From Pseudodesulfovibrio piezophilus C1TLV30 (lineage in GTDB: Bacteria; Desulfobacterota; Desulfovibrionia; Desulfovibrionales; Desulfovibrionaceae), in contig NC_020409.1 in NCBI RefSeq assembly GCF_000341895.1, positions 1,860,001 through 1,892,000 of the forward strand: a stretch of DNA of 32,000 nucleotides, read 5' to 3'. Shown one piece after another: positions 7,924 through 17,309 of the stretch. Made by a program: the position numbers and the translations under genes. The notes beneath the pieces are model-generated. The model had not been told where the DNA came from and ran no database searches. It saw nothing but the letters and a program-made list of their open reading frames with translations. The stretch's first letter is position 1. Each line of letters starts with the position of its first letter.

Positions 7924-8574
7924 ATGTACACCCTCGCCACGGACGCCACACCCCGCTCCACACCACCCAAGAACGAACATGAAATTCTTCACCAATTTCT
8001 GATCTCCCTTGGCAAGGCCATTGATGCCAAAGATGCCGGTACAGGCTCTCACTCCAGTGAAGTCGCCCGCATTGCCGAGGCGATAGGCTGGGCAATGGGT
8101 ATTACCGGAAAAGAAATCCGCTGGTTAAGTATGGCAGGGTTACTCCATGATATCGGGAAAATAGGAATACCAGATTCAATCCTGTCCAAACCTGGTCCTC
8201 TGAACGATGAGGAATGGGAGATAATCAAGACACATCCGGGCAAAGGAGAGGCTATTGTCAGGCCGGTTGAAGAATTCGGCAAAAAGAAAAGCGTGGCTGA
8301 TATCGTCCGCCACCATCATGAACGGTTCGACGGTCTGGGATATCCCGACGGACTCATGGAAGAGGAAATTCCCCTCGGTGCCCGCATTGTGGCCGTAGCC
8401 GACTCCATTTCTACCATGCTTCAGGACCGCCCCTATCAGGCAGGACGCAACTTTGACGAAGCCATGGAAGAAATCCTGGTCTGTGCCGGGACCCGATATG
8501 ACCCAGATGTGGTGGAAGCACTTATGTCTGTCCGGGAAGATATCAAACATATCCTTCCAGGCATTGACCGGTAA
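7924..8574 (+). CDS. Stand-alone HD-GYP domain c-di-GMP phosphodiesterase
   Basis: HSSEVARIAE ... GLLHDIGKIGIPDSIL ... L.DEEWEIIKTHP ... HHERFDGLGYPDGL. ATG at 7924 follows GGAGA. The track's 7726 start would read through the terminator. Confidence 0.85.
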   Translation: MYTLATDATPRSTPPKNEHEILHQFLISLGKAIDAKDAGTGSHSSEVARIAEAIGWAMGITGKEIRWLSMAGLLHDIGKIGIPDSILSKPGPLNDEEWEIIKTHPGKGEAIVRPVEEFGKKKSVADIVRHHHERFDGLGYPDGLMEEEIPLGARIVAVADSISTMLQDRPYQAGRNFDEAMEEILVCAGTRYDPDVVEALMSVREDIKHILPGIDR

Positions 8575-8762
8575 AGAATCAAACACGATCTTCCGAGTCA
8601 TCAGGATGCACTTCATCCCTTCCTAAAACAGCCCCAGGGGGAAGCAAGCCCTTTTCTCACCAGGGGCATCACAGCAAGAGTCAGCTCCTCAAGCCCAGCC
8701 TCCTTCCCTGCAATACCGGAAAGCCTTGGAGCGTGTCCTTCCTGTGTCGTATCCTCCGGCCG

Positions 8763-10319
8763 CTAATCCTGAGCACTCTTCCTGATCGCATCCATGGTCA
8801 CTCGCAAATCTCCAGCAAGCCGAACAAGATCAGCGACAGCCATGGCTGACTCATGCATGGCTTCAAAAGTTTCATCAGCGGCCACATTGATATCGCCTGT
8901 TGACCGTGAGATCTCATCGCTGGCAGCGGACTGCTGCTCTGCCGCCGCAGCAATGGATTGGACATTGTCAGACGTCTGGCTGGCAAGCTCGACAATGGCG
9001 TTCAACGCCGCCCCGGCCTTGCGTGTGGTTTCAACAGTGTCTCCGACCACACGCGAAGTCTCCCGCGCAGAAGCCACATTTGCCTCGGCACTGACCTGAA
9101 TGGCCTTGATGTTTCCATCCACATTTTTCGTGGCATCCATGGTTTTTTCGGCCAGTTTACGAACTTCGTCAGCAACAACGGCAAAACCTCGCCCGGCGTC
9201 TCCGGCACGGGCTGCTTCAATGGCCGCATTGAGTGCCAGGAGATTGGTCTGATCGGCAATATCCGAAATCACTGACATGATGTTGCCGATGGAATCAGCC
9301 TGCCTACCCAACGAATCCATGTCATTGGACAGCTGGGCAGCCTGTTCTTCGAGCAAAGAGATATCCTGAATGACCTGGGAAACAATGGATTCCCCATTCA
9401 TGGCTTCCTCGCGGGCCTGATCCGAGACTTCAGCCGCATTGGCTGCATTGCGAGCCACCTCAAGGACTGTGGCATTCATCTCTTCCACACTGACAGCCAC
9501 ACCGGCGGTCAATTTCCGACTTTCCTCCGAAGCCCGGCTGGACTGCTGGACCTGCGTGGAAATCTCATTGGCCGCAGAAGCAAGGTGATCGGAAATCTCA
9601 TCAGCCTGATCCGCTGTCTTGGTCAAGACCTCGTTTTGTTCCCGAAGTGCCTTTTCATGCATCTTGACGGTCGTCATATCCAGATATAGGCAAAACCCGC
9701 CCAAACATTTCCCGCGACTGTCATTAAGAGCATAAACATTGGCCAACACATGCCGAGTCCCACCTTTGTGCCCTTGAATGGCAACTTCAAGATTTCGGAA
9801 GGTCTGTCCGTTGTTCATGGCTTTGCCCACGGCTGTTTCACGGCTGGAATCGTTATAGAATATTTCAGCCAGGGTTTTCCCAAGCTGCTGCTCGACTGAG
9901 CCATCCACCTCAAGCATATCGAGCGTGGCCTGATTGGTATGGAGGGTCCGTTCTTCTGTATCCACCAAAAGGAAAGGGACAGGTAGTCCACTGATAACAC
10001 CCTCACACAATCCCTTGTAGCGGGTAAAACTATCGGTCAATTCACGAAGGGCCGTTGCCAATGGCCCGGAACCAAGAATTGCAGAAAAATCGACAGTCTT
10101 ATCTTCCGAAGCATGCTCCACCGTAATGGCCAGGCGGCCAAAATCCGCAGCATAAGCGCGGGCAACCATGAAGAGACTGAAACAGGTGACAATGGAGAGA
10201 CAAAGCCCGCCGGACCAGAGGAAAAGGGGAGAAAGACCGAGGACGAAATGACCGATGAGACAAAGAATAACAGTGACCCCAATCACCGCCCCGCCAGCAG
10301 AAACCATACGAAAATTCAT
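8763..10319 (-). CDS. Methyl-accepting chemotaxis protein with N-terminal TM hairpin and cytoplasmic PAS domain
   Basis: The C-terminal MA signalling domain includes [45 protein letters not shown]. Two adjacent TM helices lie at the N-terminus with almost no periplasmic loop. A PAS-like segment is present ([22 protein letters not shown]...). ATG at 10319 follows GAGG; the track's start at 10331 is a GTG. Confidence 0.9.
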   Translation of the reverse strand: MNFRMVSAGGAVIGVTVILCLIGHFVLGLSPLFLWSGGLCLSIVTCFSLFMVARAYAADFGRLAITVEHASEDKTVDFSAILGSGPLATALRELTDSFTRYKGLCEGVISGLPVPFLLVDTEERTLHTNQATLDMLEVDGSVEQQLGKTLAEIFYNDSSRETAVGKAMNNGQTFRNLEVAIQGHKGGTRHVLANVYALNDSRGKCLGGFCLYLDMTTVKMHEKALREQNEVLTKTADQADEISDHLASAANEISTQVQQSSRASEESRKLTAGVAVSVEEMNATVLEVARNAANAAEVSDQAREEAMNGESIVSQVIQDISLLEEQAAQLSNDMDSLGRQADSIGNIMSVISDIADQTNLLALNAAIEAARAGDAGRGFAVVADEVRKLAEKTMDATKNVDGNIKAIQVSAEANVASARETSRVVGDTVETTRKAGAALNAIVELASQTSDNVQSIAAAAEQQSAASDEISRSTGDINVAADETFEAMHESAMAVADLVRLAGDLRVTMDAIRKSAQD

Positions 10320-10379
10320 AGGAGACCTCACGACTAAAGGAGACCGGATCGCAAGACGGTCCGATGTGCATCAAAAGTC

Positions 10380-10408
10380 GCTATAAAGTCAGAATTGAAA
10401 AAGGTCAA
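10380..10408 (-). promoter_or_regulatory. Candidate sigma-70-type promoter for the chemoreceptor gene
   Basis: On the minus strand: TTGACC, a 17-nt spacer, then TATAGC, about 60 nt upstream of the ATG. This is a pattern match only. Confidence 0.3.
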
Positions 10409-10456
10409 TGGAACTCGACAAGTTAAGCCCGTGCCCTTTCATGGAAGCCATCCTGT

Positions 10457-11149
10457 CTACTGGGTCGCCACTTTCTTTTTCAGGAGCGGTTTGGCTATAC
10501 CATGCCTGGCAAGGATCGCTTTCATTCCGGCAGTGGAAGACGGCGTTCCGTAGTAATGGACCTGGACACGGTACCAGGTCTTGCCTTTGGCTGTTGCGGC
10601 CTGGATGGACGTTTTCAGTCCATCTGCCACGAGTTTGTCACTCAAGGCTTCAGCCATGGAGTCCTTGCGAAATGCCGCCACCTGATAGATGTAGTCAAAG
10701 ACTGACTCCGCAGATGATGTGCCCTTTTGACTGGAAACACTCGTTTGAACGGAAGTTGATTTGGAAGCTTCTGCCTGTCGGGCTTCCTTTTTCGCTTTTA
10801 CTTCAGGCTCGACCTTGGGCAATCCTTCGGCCATGACCTTTTCCGGAGTCTGTTGCAGTCTTTCAGGATAATCCAGCTCTTCGGGCTTGAGAATCTGCTC
10901 TCCCGGCTCCAGGGCAATCTGGCCATGTTCCTTGGAAGGCATGATTTCCTGAAGTTGTGGCACATCGACCTCTGGCCGATACCCGCGCCCAATAAGGATT
11001 CCCATGGTGAAAAAAAAGGTGAGCGCAAGGACGCCCGCTCCCACGGCACTGATCATGCCGGAAAGGGAAAATGAGAAGTCATAGGTCTTTTTCGTCGCGT
11101 TGAGCTTCGGAACCTTGACCTTGAATTTGGTGCCTTTCGGGTCAGCCAT
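10457..11149 (-). CDS. SPOR-domain (peptidoglycan-binding) membrane protein
   Basis: One TM helix (MISAVGAGVLALTFFFTMGILIG). C-terminal SPOR-like fold signature YIYQVAAFRKDSMAEALSDKLVADGLKTSIQ...WYRVQVHYYGT. ATG at 11149 follows AGAGG. Confidence 0.8.
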   Translation of the reverse strand: MADPKGTKFKVKVPKLNATKKTYDFSFSLSGMISAVGAGVLALTFFFTMGILIGRGYRPEVDVPQLQEIMPSKEHGQIALEPGEQILKPEELDYPERLQQTPEKVMAEGLPKVEPEVKAKKEARQAEASKSTSVQTSVSSQKGTSSAESVFDYIYQVAAFRKDSMAEALSDKLVADGLKTSIQAATAKGKTWYRVQVHYYGTPSSTAGMKAILARHGIAKPLLKKKVATQ

Positions 11150-11288
11150 GCATACCTCTATACAGTTATTGAACAGGAAGAAGCACGGCTCCACTGCCAG
11201 ACTGCACTGACGGTATTTCCACCAGAGCCAGTTCGGCACAGCTGCGCTCCCATCCCCATGAGAACAGCCCCGTTGTCGTTTCCACCCT

Positions 11289-12932
11289 CTACATTGATTC
11301 GGGTGCGCTCACGCCGAGTAGCCCCAGCCCACTCGCCACGACTCCAGCGACGCAATCCAGAAGCATAAGCCGGGAGGAAGCCACTTCCTTCTCTGCGGAA
11401 AGAACATGGCAATTGCTATAATATCTGTGCAGTGCCGATGCCAGTTCCTGCAAATACATGCTGATCATGTGCGGAGCCTGACTCCGGGCAGCAGCTTCCA
11501 CAAAGTCCGGATACTGATCAAGAAGTTTGAGCATAGCCAGATCATACTCCGTATCAAGCAGCATCAAGGACTCGGCGGAAACCGCGGCGGCTGCGGTTCC
11601 AGCCTCAGCGGCTTTGACATTGAGCGAACAGATACGGGCGTGGGCATACTGAACATAATACACCGGATTATCCATGGATTTCTGCTTGACCAATTCCAGA
11701 TCGAAATCAAGTTTCGAGTCGGATTTGCGGGACAAGAACATGAAACGGGACGCATCAGCCCCTACTTCGTCCACCACATCCTTGAGAGTCTCGAACTGAC
11801 CGGCCCGAGTGGACATGGCCACAGGTTCGCCATCGCGGAGCAGATTGACAAGATTCACCAGAATAACGTGCAGCCCTCCCTTCTTTCCAAGAGCTTCACA
11901 GGCGGCCATCATCCGAGGGACATACCCATGGTGATCCGCACCCCAAATATCGACAACAAGATCGAATCCGCGTTTGAATTTATTGTCATGGTAAGCGATG
12001 TCAGAGGCAAAATACGTGGTGTCCCCATTGGACTTGCGCAGAACCCTATCCTTGTCGTCGCCCAATTCGGTTGATTTGAACCAATAGGCCCCATCCGCTT
12101 CGTAGCCCATGCCGGAAGCAGTCAGGTCAGCAAAGGTCTCGTCAACCCGACCTTCCTCCACCAGACTTTTTTCAGAGAACCAGATGTCGTGCCGCACACC
12201 GAATGCAGCAAGGTCTTCCTTGATCCCTTCAAGGATGACATCCTTACCGTATGCTGTACATGCGGCCACGGCTTCAGTCTCATCCATGCTGAGCAGATCA
12301 GGAGTGATTTTCATGAAATCAGCTGCGATATCCTTGATATATTCACCCTTGTAAAAATCTTCTGGCTCGGCAACATCCTGCCCGCTCAATTGTTTGGCGC
12401 GGTAATAGATGGAGCCACCCAGTATCAACATCTGCCGACCAGCATCATTGATGTAGTACTCAGCTTCCACATCATACCCGGCCATCTCCATGATGCGAAC
12501 CAGGGAATCTCCCAAAGCGGCTCCACGTCCATGCCCAATGTGCAGAGGCCCGGTCGGGTTGGCGGATACATATTCCACCTGAACCCTGGTCCCAGCGCCC
12601 AGGTCCGAGGTTCCATAAGCTTTCCCCGCGTCACGGATGACGCCGACGGTCTCATGCCAAAAGGAGGGAGCAAAGGTAAAATTCAGGAATCCAGGTCCGG
12701 CTATCTCGATGGAGTCAATGAGAAGATCCCCTTCCATGGCAGCCACGATGTCCTCGGCAATGGCTCGAGGAGCCTTCTTGGCCTGCTTCGCCAGCATCAT
12801 GGCAACATTGACTGACATGTCGCCGAATTTTTTATCCTTGGGCGGTTCGATAACGGCCTTTTCCGGCCACTCCCAGCCTTTCTCGGCCAGAACCGCTTTC
12901 AATGCGTTTTCAAGATGTATTTTCGCTCTCAT
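11289..12932 (-). CDS. argS: Arginine--tRNA ligase
   Basis: Class I HIGH motif ([20 protein letters not shown]). KMSK-equivalent (MSTRAG). C-terminal anticodon-binding block ([11 protein letters not shown]). ATG at 12932 follows AAGGAGTG. Confidence 0.95.
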   Translation of the reverse strand: MRAKIHLENALKAVLAEKGWEWPEKAVIEPPKDKKFGDMSVNVAMMLAKQAKKAPRAIAEDIVAAMEGDLLIDSIEIAGPGFLNFTFAPSFWHETVGVIRDAGKAYGTSDLGAGTRVQVEYVSANPTGPLHIGHGRGAALGDSLVRIMEMAGYDVEAEYYINDAGRQMLILGGSIYYRAKQLSGQDVAEPEDFYKGEYIKDIAADFMKITPDLLSMDETEAVAACTAYGKDVILEGIKEDLAAFGVRHDIWFSEKSLVEEGRVDETFADLTASGMGYEADGAYWFKSTELGDDKDRVLRKSNGDTTYFASDIAYHDNKFKRGFDLVVDIWGADHHGYVPRMMAACEALGKKGGLHVILVNLVNLLRDGEPVAMSTRAGQFETLKDVVDEVGADASRFMFLSRKSDSKLDFDLELVKQKSMDNPVYYVQYAHARICSLNVKAAEAGTAAAAVSAESLMLLDTEYDLAMLKLLDQYPDFVEAAARSQAPHMISMYLQELASALHRYYSNCHVLSAEKEVASSRLMLLDCVAGVVASGLGLLGVSAPESM

Positions 12933-13053
12933 GGCTTGTCTCACTCCTTGCAACAAAGCTCGTGCTCGGGGTTTAGCATGTTTGCCCCCGCAATCCAAGA
13001 GCATGCCGTCCCTCGGAAAAGGACACCACGCCAGCTTTATCGGTCTGGTTACG

Positions 13054-13713
13054 TTATTTTTTCACGCCCTGAACCAATGCCTCAAAAACTTCTGTCTTGG
13101 ACAGGTCGGTCGTGTCGATGGTGATGGCGTCGTCCGCCGGTTTCAATGGAGCCACGGTCCGGCTCCGGTCCTGAAGGTCACGCGCTTCGATCTGTTCTTT
13201 CAGTTCTTCCAATTCAGCGGGCTTCCCCATATCACGAAGTTGCAGGAACCGCCGACGAGCGCGTTCCTCTACCGTGGCGTCGAGAAAAAACTTGTATGGA
13301 GCGTCTGGGAAAATGGCAGTTCCCATGTCCCGCCCTTCGGCAACCAATGCGAACCGATCGCCGATAGACCGCTGGGCCTGCTTCAAAAATGTCCGAACCA
13401 CGGGTAATGTCGCCACATTGGACGCCCACATCCCTACCTGCTCAGTACGAATCTCGTCGCCTATTTCCACGCCATTCAACGAGAGTATTGACGTCTCTCC
13501 CACCCCTGAAAGAGTAAAATCAAACCCGGCCATTTCCCCCTCAAGCTCAGTCTCGTCCCACCGCCATGCGCCTTCGCCCAATTTCCAGGCAATGGCCCGG
13601 AACATGGCTCCGGTATCAAGATAGGGAATGGAAAGTTCTTTTGCCAACTGCTTGGCCATGGTGGATTTACCAACACCGGCCGGTCCGTCGAGAGTGACAA
13701 TCAGTTTAGGCAC
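13054..13713 (-). CDS. cmk: Cytidylate kinase
   Basis: [37 protein letters not shown]-loop and CMP-binding pattern. The likely GTG start at 13713 overlaps the hisC TAA (GTGCCTAA) and follows GGGGAGG. The track's 13767 start overlaps hisC by 62 nt. Confidence 0.9.
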   Translation of the reverse strand: MPKLIVTLDGPAGVGKSTMAKQLAKELSIPYLDTGAMFRAIAWKLGEGAWRWDETELEGEMAGFDFTLSGVGETSILSLNGVEIGDEIRTEQVGMWASNVATLPVVRTFLKQAQRSIGDRFALVAEGRDMGTAIFPDAPYKFFLDATVEERARRRFLQLRDMGKPAELEELKEQIEARDLQDRSRTVAPLKPADDAITIDTTDLSKTEVFEALVQGVKK

Positions 13714-14806
13714 CAAGGACCTCCCCGAGAGCCTTGATGAATTGTTTGTTTTCCGCTTCAGTTCCAATTGTGACCCGAATCATCTTCCCCAGTCCGAAGC
13801 TGCCCAGAGGACGAACGATGATCCCTTTCTTGAGGAGTGACTTGAAGACTGTCTGTGCCGGTTTTGTCGGCTCGAACATCACGAAATTGGCCTGACTCGG
13901 ATAGACCTTGCACCCGATCTTGGGCAGGGCTTCCATGAAATATTCCCGCCCGCTCATGACCACCTGCAGGGTTTCATTGTAGAAGGCGTCATCATTCAGG
14001 GCTGCAATGGCCGCTTCCTCTGCCAGCAGATTCACCGTGAATGGAATGCGGGCATTCTTGAGATACCCCAACAACTTGGGAGGAAGGATGCCGTAACCGA
14101 CACGCAGTCCCGCCAAGCCATACGCCTTGGAAAAAGTACGGAGGACCACAAGATTATCAAATTTATCATAAGCCTGCACCGGAGTGTAGGATTCGGGAGG
14201 CCATACGAAGTCGATATACGCTTCATCCACCACCAGCAGGCAGTCTTTGGGCAACACTCCGGCGAGCACGGACAGATCTTCCACACTGGCGGCCTGGCCG
14301 GTGGGATTATCCGGGCTGGTGACAAAGACCATGGCCGTATTTTCATCTGCGGCCTTGGCCAGTTTATCCAGTGGCAACTCGAAAGGGTCTCCCCGCTTGA
14401 CCTCGCGGTATTCCACTCCGGCCAGCTTGGCACACATGCGATACATGGCGAAACTATGCTCATACCCAATCACATTGCTCACCCCCGGACGGGCCTTCAT
14501 GCGAAAAAGCATATCAATGATTTCATCCGACCCATTCCCCACAAGGATGGATTCCCTGGGCACACCGATGTGTTTGCTGATCTCTGTGACCAATTTGGGG
14601 GTATTATTTTCGGGATACCGAAAAATCCTGTCGAGATTTTTGGCCATGACCTTTTGCACAACAGGTGATGCACCCAAAGGGTTCTCATTGCTGGCAAGCT
14701 TGATAACATTGGCAAGGCCGTACCGTTCCCGAATCTGTTCGATCGTCAGACCAGGGGTGTACGGGTCAAAGTCCAGGATTTCCGAACGGACGCTGAATTC
14801 TCTCAT
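13706..14806 (-). CDS. hisC: Histidinol-phosphate aminotransferase
   Basis: Class II aminotransferase pattern: KLASNENPLG, GNGSDEIID, TSPDNPTG, and the PLP-lysine block VLRTFSKAYGLAGLRVGY. The start is either ATG 14806 (MREFSV...) or 14863. Confidence 0.9.
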   Translation of the reverse strand: MREFSVRSEILDFDPYTPGLTIEQIRERYGLANVIKLASNENPLGASPVVQKVMAKNLDRIFRYPENNTPKLVTEISKHIGVPRESILVGNGSDEIIDMLFRMKARPGVSNVIGYEHSFAMYRMCAKLAGVEYREVKRGDPFELPLDKLAKAADENTAMVFVTSPDNPTGQAASVEDLSVLAGVLPKDCLLVVDEAYIDFVWPPESYTPVQAYDKFDNLVVLRTFSKAYGLAGLRVGYGILPPKLLGYLKNARIPFTVNLLAEEAAIAALNDDAFYNETLQVVMSGREYFMEALPKIGCKVYPSQANFVMFEPTKPAQTVFKSLLKKGIIVRPLGSFGLGKMIRVTIGTEAENKQFIKALGEVLGA

Positions 14807-14867
14807 GATATTCCATTCCTGCGTGTGATTTCCGGCCAGTGGTGCCGAGGTAAAATACGGCAATCTC

Positions 14868-14893
14868 CAACAAAAGAACGGCCGAAGCCGTTC
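14868..14893 (-). terminator. Intrinsic terminator after the usp gene
   Basis: Minus strand reads gaacggc ttcg gccgttc followed by TTTTGTT, about 40 nt past the usp stop. Confidence 0.6.
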
Positions 14894-14933
14894 CTTGTAT
14901 ATATTTTGCTGATCCCAGTAAAGGGAAACGGAC

Positions 14934-15374
14934 CTAGCTGGGACGAACTGTCAACACAGGAACCCCGGAAGACTTAACGACCTTTTCGGCCACCGACCCG
15001 AACAGGATTCGATCGATGCCCTTACGACCATGGGTGCCCATGACAATCATGTCGGCATTCTCGGCTTCCGCGATAGAAAGAATCTCCTCTGCGGGATAGC
15101 CTGTTACAACCTTGCCGACCACATTAAGATCGCCAAAGTTGTCCTTCACAAATTCGCTCATCGTGTCTTCAGCGCCAGTGACAATTTCTCCCACAAAGCT
15201 CTCAATGGAACTGGGAGGGACATGGAAGCCGACATACTGGCTCAAGGATGGAGCAACGTACAGCACCACGATCTGCGCACCAACGCAATTGCCAATCATG
15301 CTGGCATAATCGGCCACTGTCGGGCTGTAGTCCGAGAAATCAACTGCGCACAAAATTTTCTTGATATCAGCCAT
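14934..15374 (-). CDS. Universal stress protein (UspA family)
   Basis: MADIKKILCAVDFSDYS ... ADMIVMGTHGRKGIDRILFGSVAEKVV. ATG at 15374 follows AAGGAGA at a 6-nt spacing. Confidence 0.85.
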   Translation of the reverse strand: MADIKKILCAVDFSDYSPTVADYASMIGNCVGAQIVVLYVAPSLSQYVGFHVPPSSIESFVGEIVTGAEDTMSEFVKDNFGDLNVVGKVVTGYPAEEILSIAEAENADMIVMGTHGRKGIDRILFGSVAEKVVKSSGVPVLTVRPS

Positions 15375-15616
15375 GATCGTTCTCCTTGGTATGTAATTCA
15401 GTGGTCTGAACGCCCATGCGTCAGCCACAAGAGGGACGTAAGAGTTCTTACATGTCATTATTATCTGCCAGAGCCATGGACCGTAGACAACCTTTTTCTT
15501 CTGCTTTACACTAGGGTGTAACCAAATGGGACTCCCTCCCGATATAGGGGGAAGTTTTTTCCGGGTTCCGTTATAAAAAAGATATGTATTTCCAAACGAT
15601 TGTCAAGCGTTCACCT

Positions 15617-15632
15617 TGGCAAGATCCTTGCA
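15617..15632 (+). promoter_or_regulatory. Sigma-54 (-24/-12) promoter
   Basis: TGGCAAGATCCTTGCA against the consensus TGGCAC-N5-TTGCA: one mismatch, correct GG-N10-GC spacing. It lies 39 nt upstream of ATG 15671, which has the SD AGGAGTG. Confidence 0.6.
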
Positions 15633-15670
15633 TTAGCAATGGTAACAACCACAGGATAGGAGTGAGAACC

Positions 15671-16129
15671 ATGAAGATCCATCCTGATCAGATCGAGGGC
15701 GTTCAACCTGAGCAACTGCAAAGGAAGAACAAGACGAATACGTCCGGGCAAGCCTTCGGGGATCTTCTCAATCAGGAAGTGGCCAAGGGAGAGTCACCGC
15801 AGTCCGCTGCAGGTGTCGCGCCACCCCAGATTGTGAACCCTTTGATCGCCACCGAAGCAGTGAATTCCGTGTCTACCGACACAGACGACACTGTCGAGGG
15901 ACAGGTAGAATCAGTTCTCGACAAGTGGGATGACTACGCTACCACGCTTGCAGGCCCTGAGGCAGGACTCAAGTCCGCCTACGGAACCCTGGATCAAATC
16001 GCCAGCGAAGTCGCTGCCATCAAGGAAGGCGATGCCGACCTTGATCCCGGCCTGAAGTCCATTGTCGATGAATTGGAAACCCTGACCGCAACCGAACAGT
16101 TCAAGTTCAATCGCGGCGATTACAGCTAG
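15671..16129 (+). CDS. Hypothetical acidic protein (152 aa), sigma-54-dependent
   Basis: The ORF has a good SD. The N-terminus MKIHPDQ...SGQAFGDLLNQE is followed by an Asp/Glu-rich, probably helical C-terminal half. I cannot assign a family. The track's 15584 start lies upstream of the promoter. Confidence 0.6.
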   Translation: MKIHPDQIEGVQPEQLQRKNKTNTSGQAFGDLLNQEVAKGESPQSAAGVAPPQIVNPLIATEAVNSVSTDTDDTVEGQVESVLDKWDDYATTLAGPEAGLKSAYGTLDQIASEVAAIKEGDADLDPGLKSIVDELETLTATEQFKFNRGDYS

Positions 16130-16253
16130 CCCAGACTCCACCATTTCGTGTGTCCGGACCCACTTGCGGCCCGGACACGCCCTTGCCTTGTTGACAAAGC
16201 CTCCGCACAAAAAGGCTCCGCCTATCACTTTTCTTATTCAATGCCCACTCCAG

Positions 16254-16284
16254 AAAAAAAACCGCCAAATACTGCCTGGCGGGG
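16254..16284 (-). terminator. Intrinsic terminator of the liv operon
   Basis: Minus strand reads ccgcca ggcagtatt tggcgg followed by a T-tract of at least 8, 27 nt past the livF stop. Confidence 0.7.
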
Positions 16285-16309
16285 ATGATTTCCTCGATGA
16301 AGAACAGAA

Positions 16310-17032
16310 CTATTCGCCAAGATAGGCTTTACGAATATCCGGGTTCGTCAAAAGCTTGTCAGCGGCATCTTCCATGACCACGGAACCGGTCTCCAGCACA
16401 TAACCGCGCTTGGAGCATTGCAGAGCCAGGTTGGCATTTTGCTCAACAAGAACGACAGTCACGCCTTGTTCATTGATCATCTTGATAATGTTGAAAATTT
16501 GCTGCACCAGCAAAGGAGCCAGCCCCATGGAGGGTTCATCAAGCAAAAGCACCTTGGGACGACTCATGAGCGCCCGCCCCATGGCCAGCATCTGCTGTTC
16601 CCCCCCCGACAAAGTGCCACCGAACTGCTTACGTCTTTCGCGTAATTTCGGAAACAAATCGAAAACACGTTCGATATCATCTTTCATGGCAACCTTGTCG
16701 TCTCGAAAAAAAGCCCCCATATCCAGATTTTCCAAGACAGTCAGTCGTGGAAATATACGACGCCCTTCAGGAACCTGGCAAAGTCCCATGGTCGGAAGAA
16801 CATCACTCCCGACATCGTTTATCCGTTGTCCTTTGTACAGGATATCACCTTCCACGGCCTTGACAATATTGCATATTGTCATCAGCGTTGTGGATTTTCC
16901 CGCTCCGTTGGCCCCGATAATGGAGACAATCTCGCCTTCATAGACCTTGATGGATATTCCCTTGAGAGCCTGAATCCGTCCATAAGCGGAAACCACGTTC
17001 TTCAATTCAAGGATGGGTGTTTTTTCTGCCAT
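16310..17032 (-). CDS. livF: Branched-chain amino acid ABC transporter ATP-binding protein LivF
   Basis: Walker A GANGAGKST, signature LSGGEQQML, Walker B LLLDEPSMGL. The C-terminal LTNPDIRKAYLG is typical of LivF. SD is GGAGG. Confidence 0.9.
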   Translation of the reverse strand: MAEKTPILELKNVVSAYGRIQALKGISIKVYEGEIVSIIGANGAGKSTTLMTICNIVKAVEGDILYKGQRINDVGSDVLPTMGLCQVPEGRRIFPRLTVLENLDMGAFFRDDKVAMKDDIERVFDLFPKLRERRKQFGGTLSGGEQQMLAMGRALMSRPKVLLLDEPSMGLAPLLVQQIFNIIKMINEQGVTVVLVEQNANLALQCSKRGYVLETGSVVMEDAADKLLTNPDIRKAYLGE

Positions 17033-17309
17033 CTATTCTGCCTCCGACGCTTCGAGCCTCCCGTGAAGGACTTCGCCAGCATCTCATGAACTTTTATATC
17101 TCAAGACCTATCGAGCCGGCTGGAAAACTTCGCACTTTTGCTGCTTTTCCCTGGACCGCCCCATTTCCCTGCCGGGTACATAGAGGCTCTTCTTCCCAAA
17201 AAGAACAGCCCGTCCTCTTCCCGCCCTTCTGCCTTGCAAAGGCGAAAGCGGCGTCTCGTTTTCAGTCGAAGACAGAGAATTTATCTCTGTCTCCCGGTAT
17301 GCCATCCTT

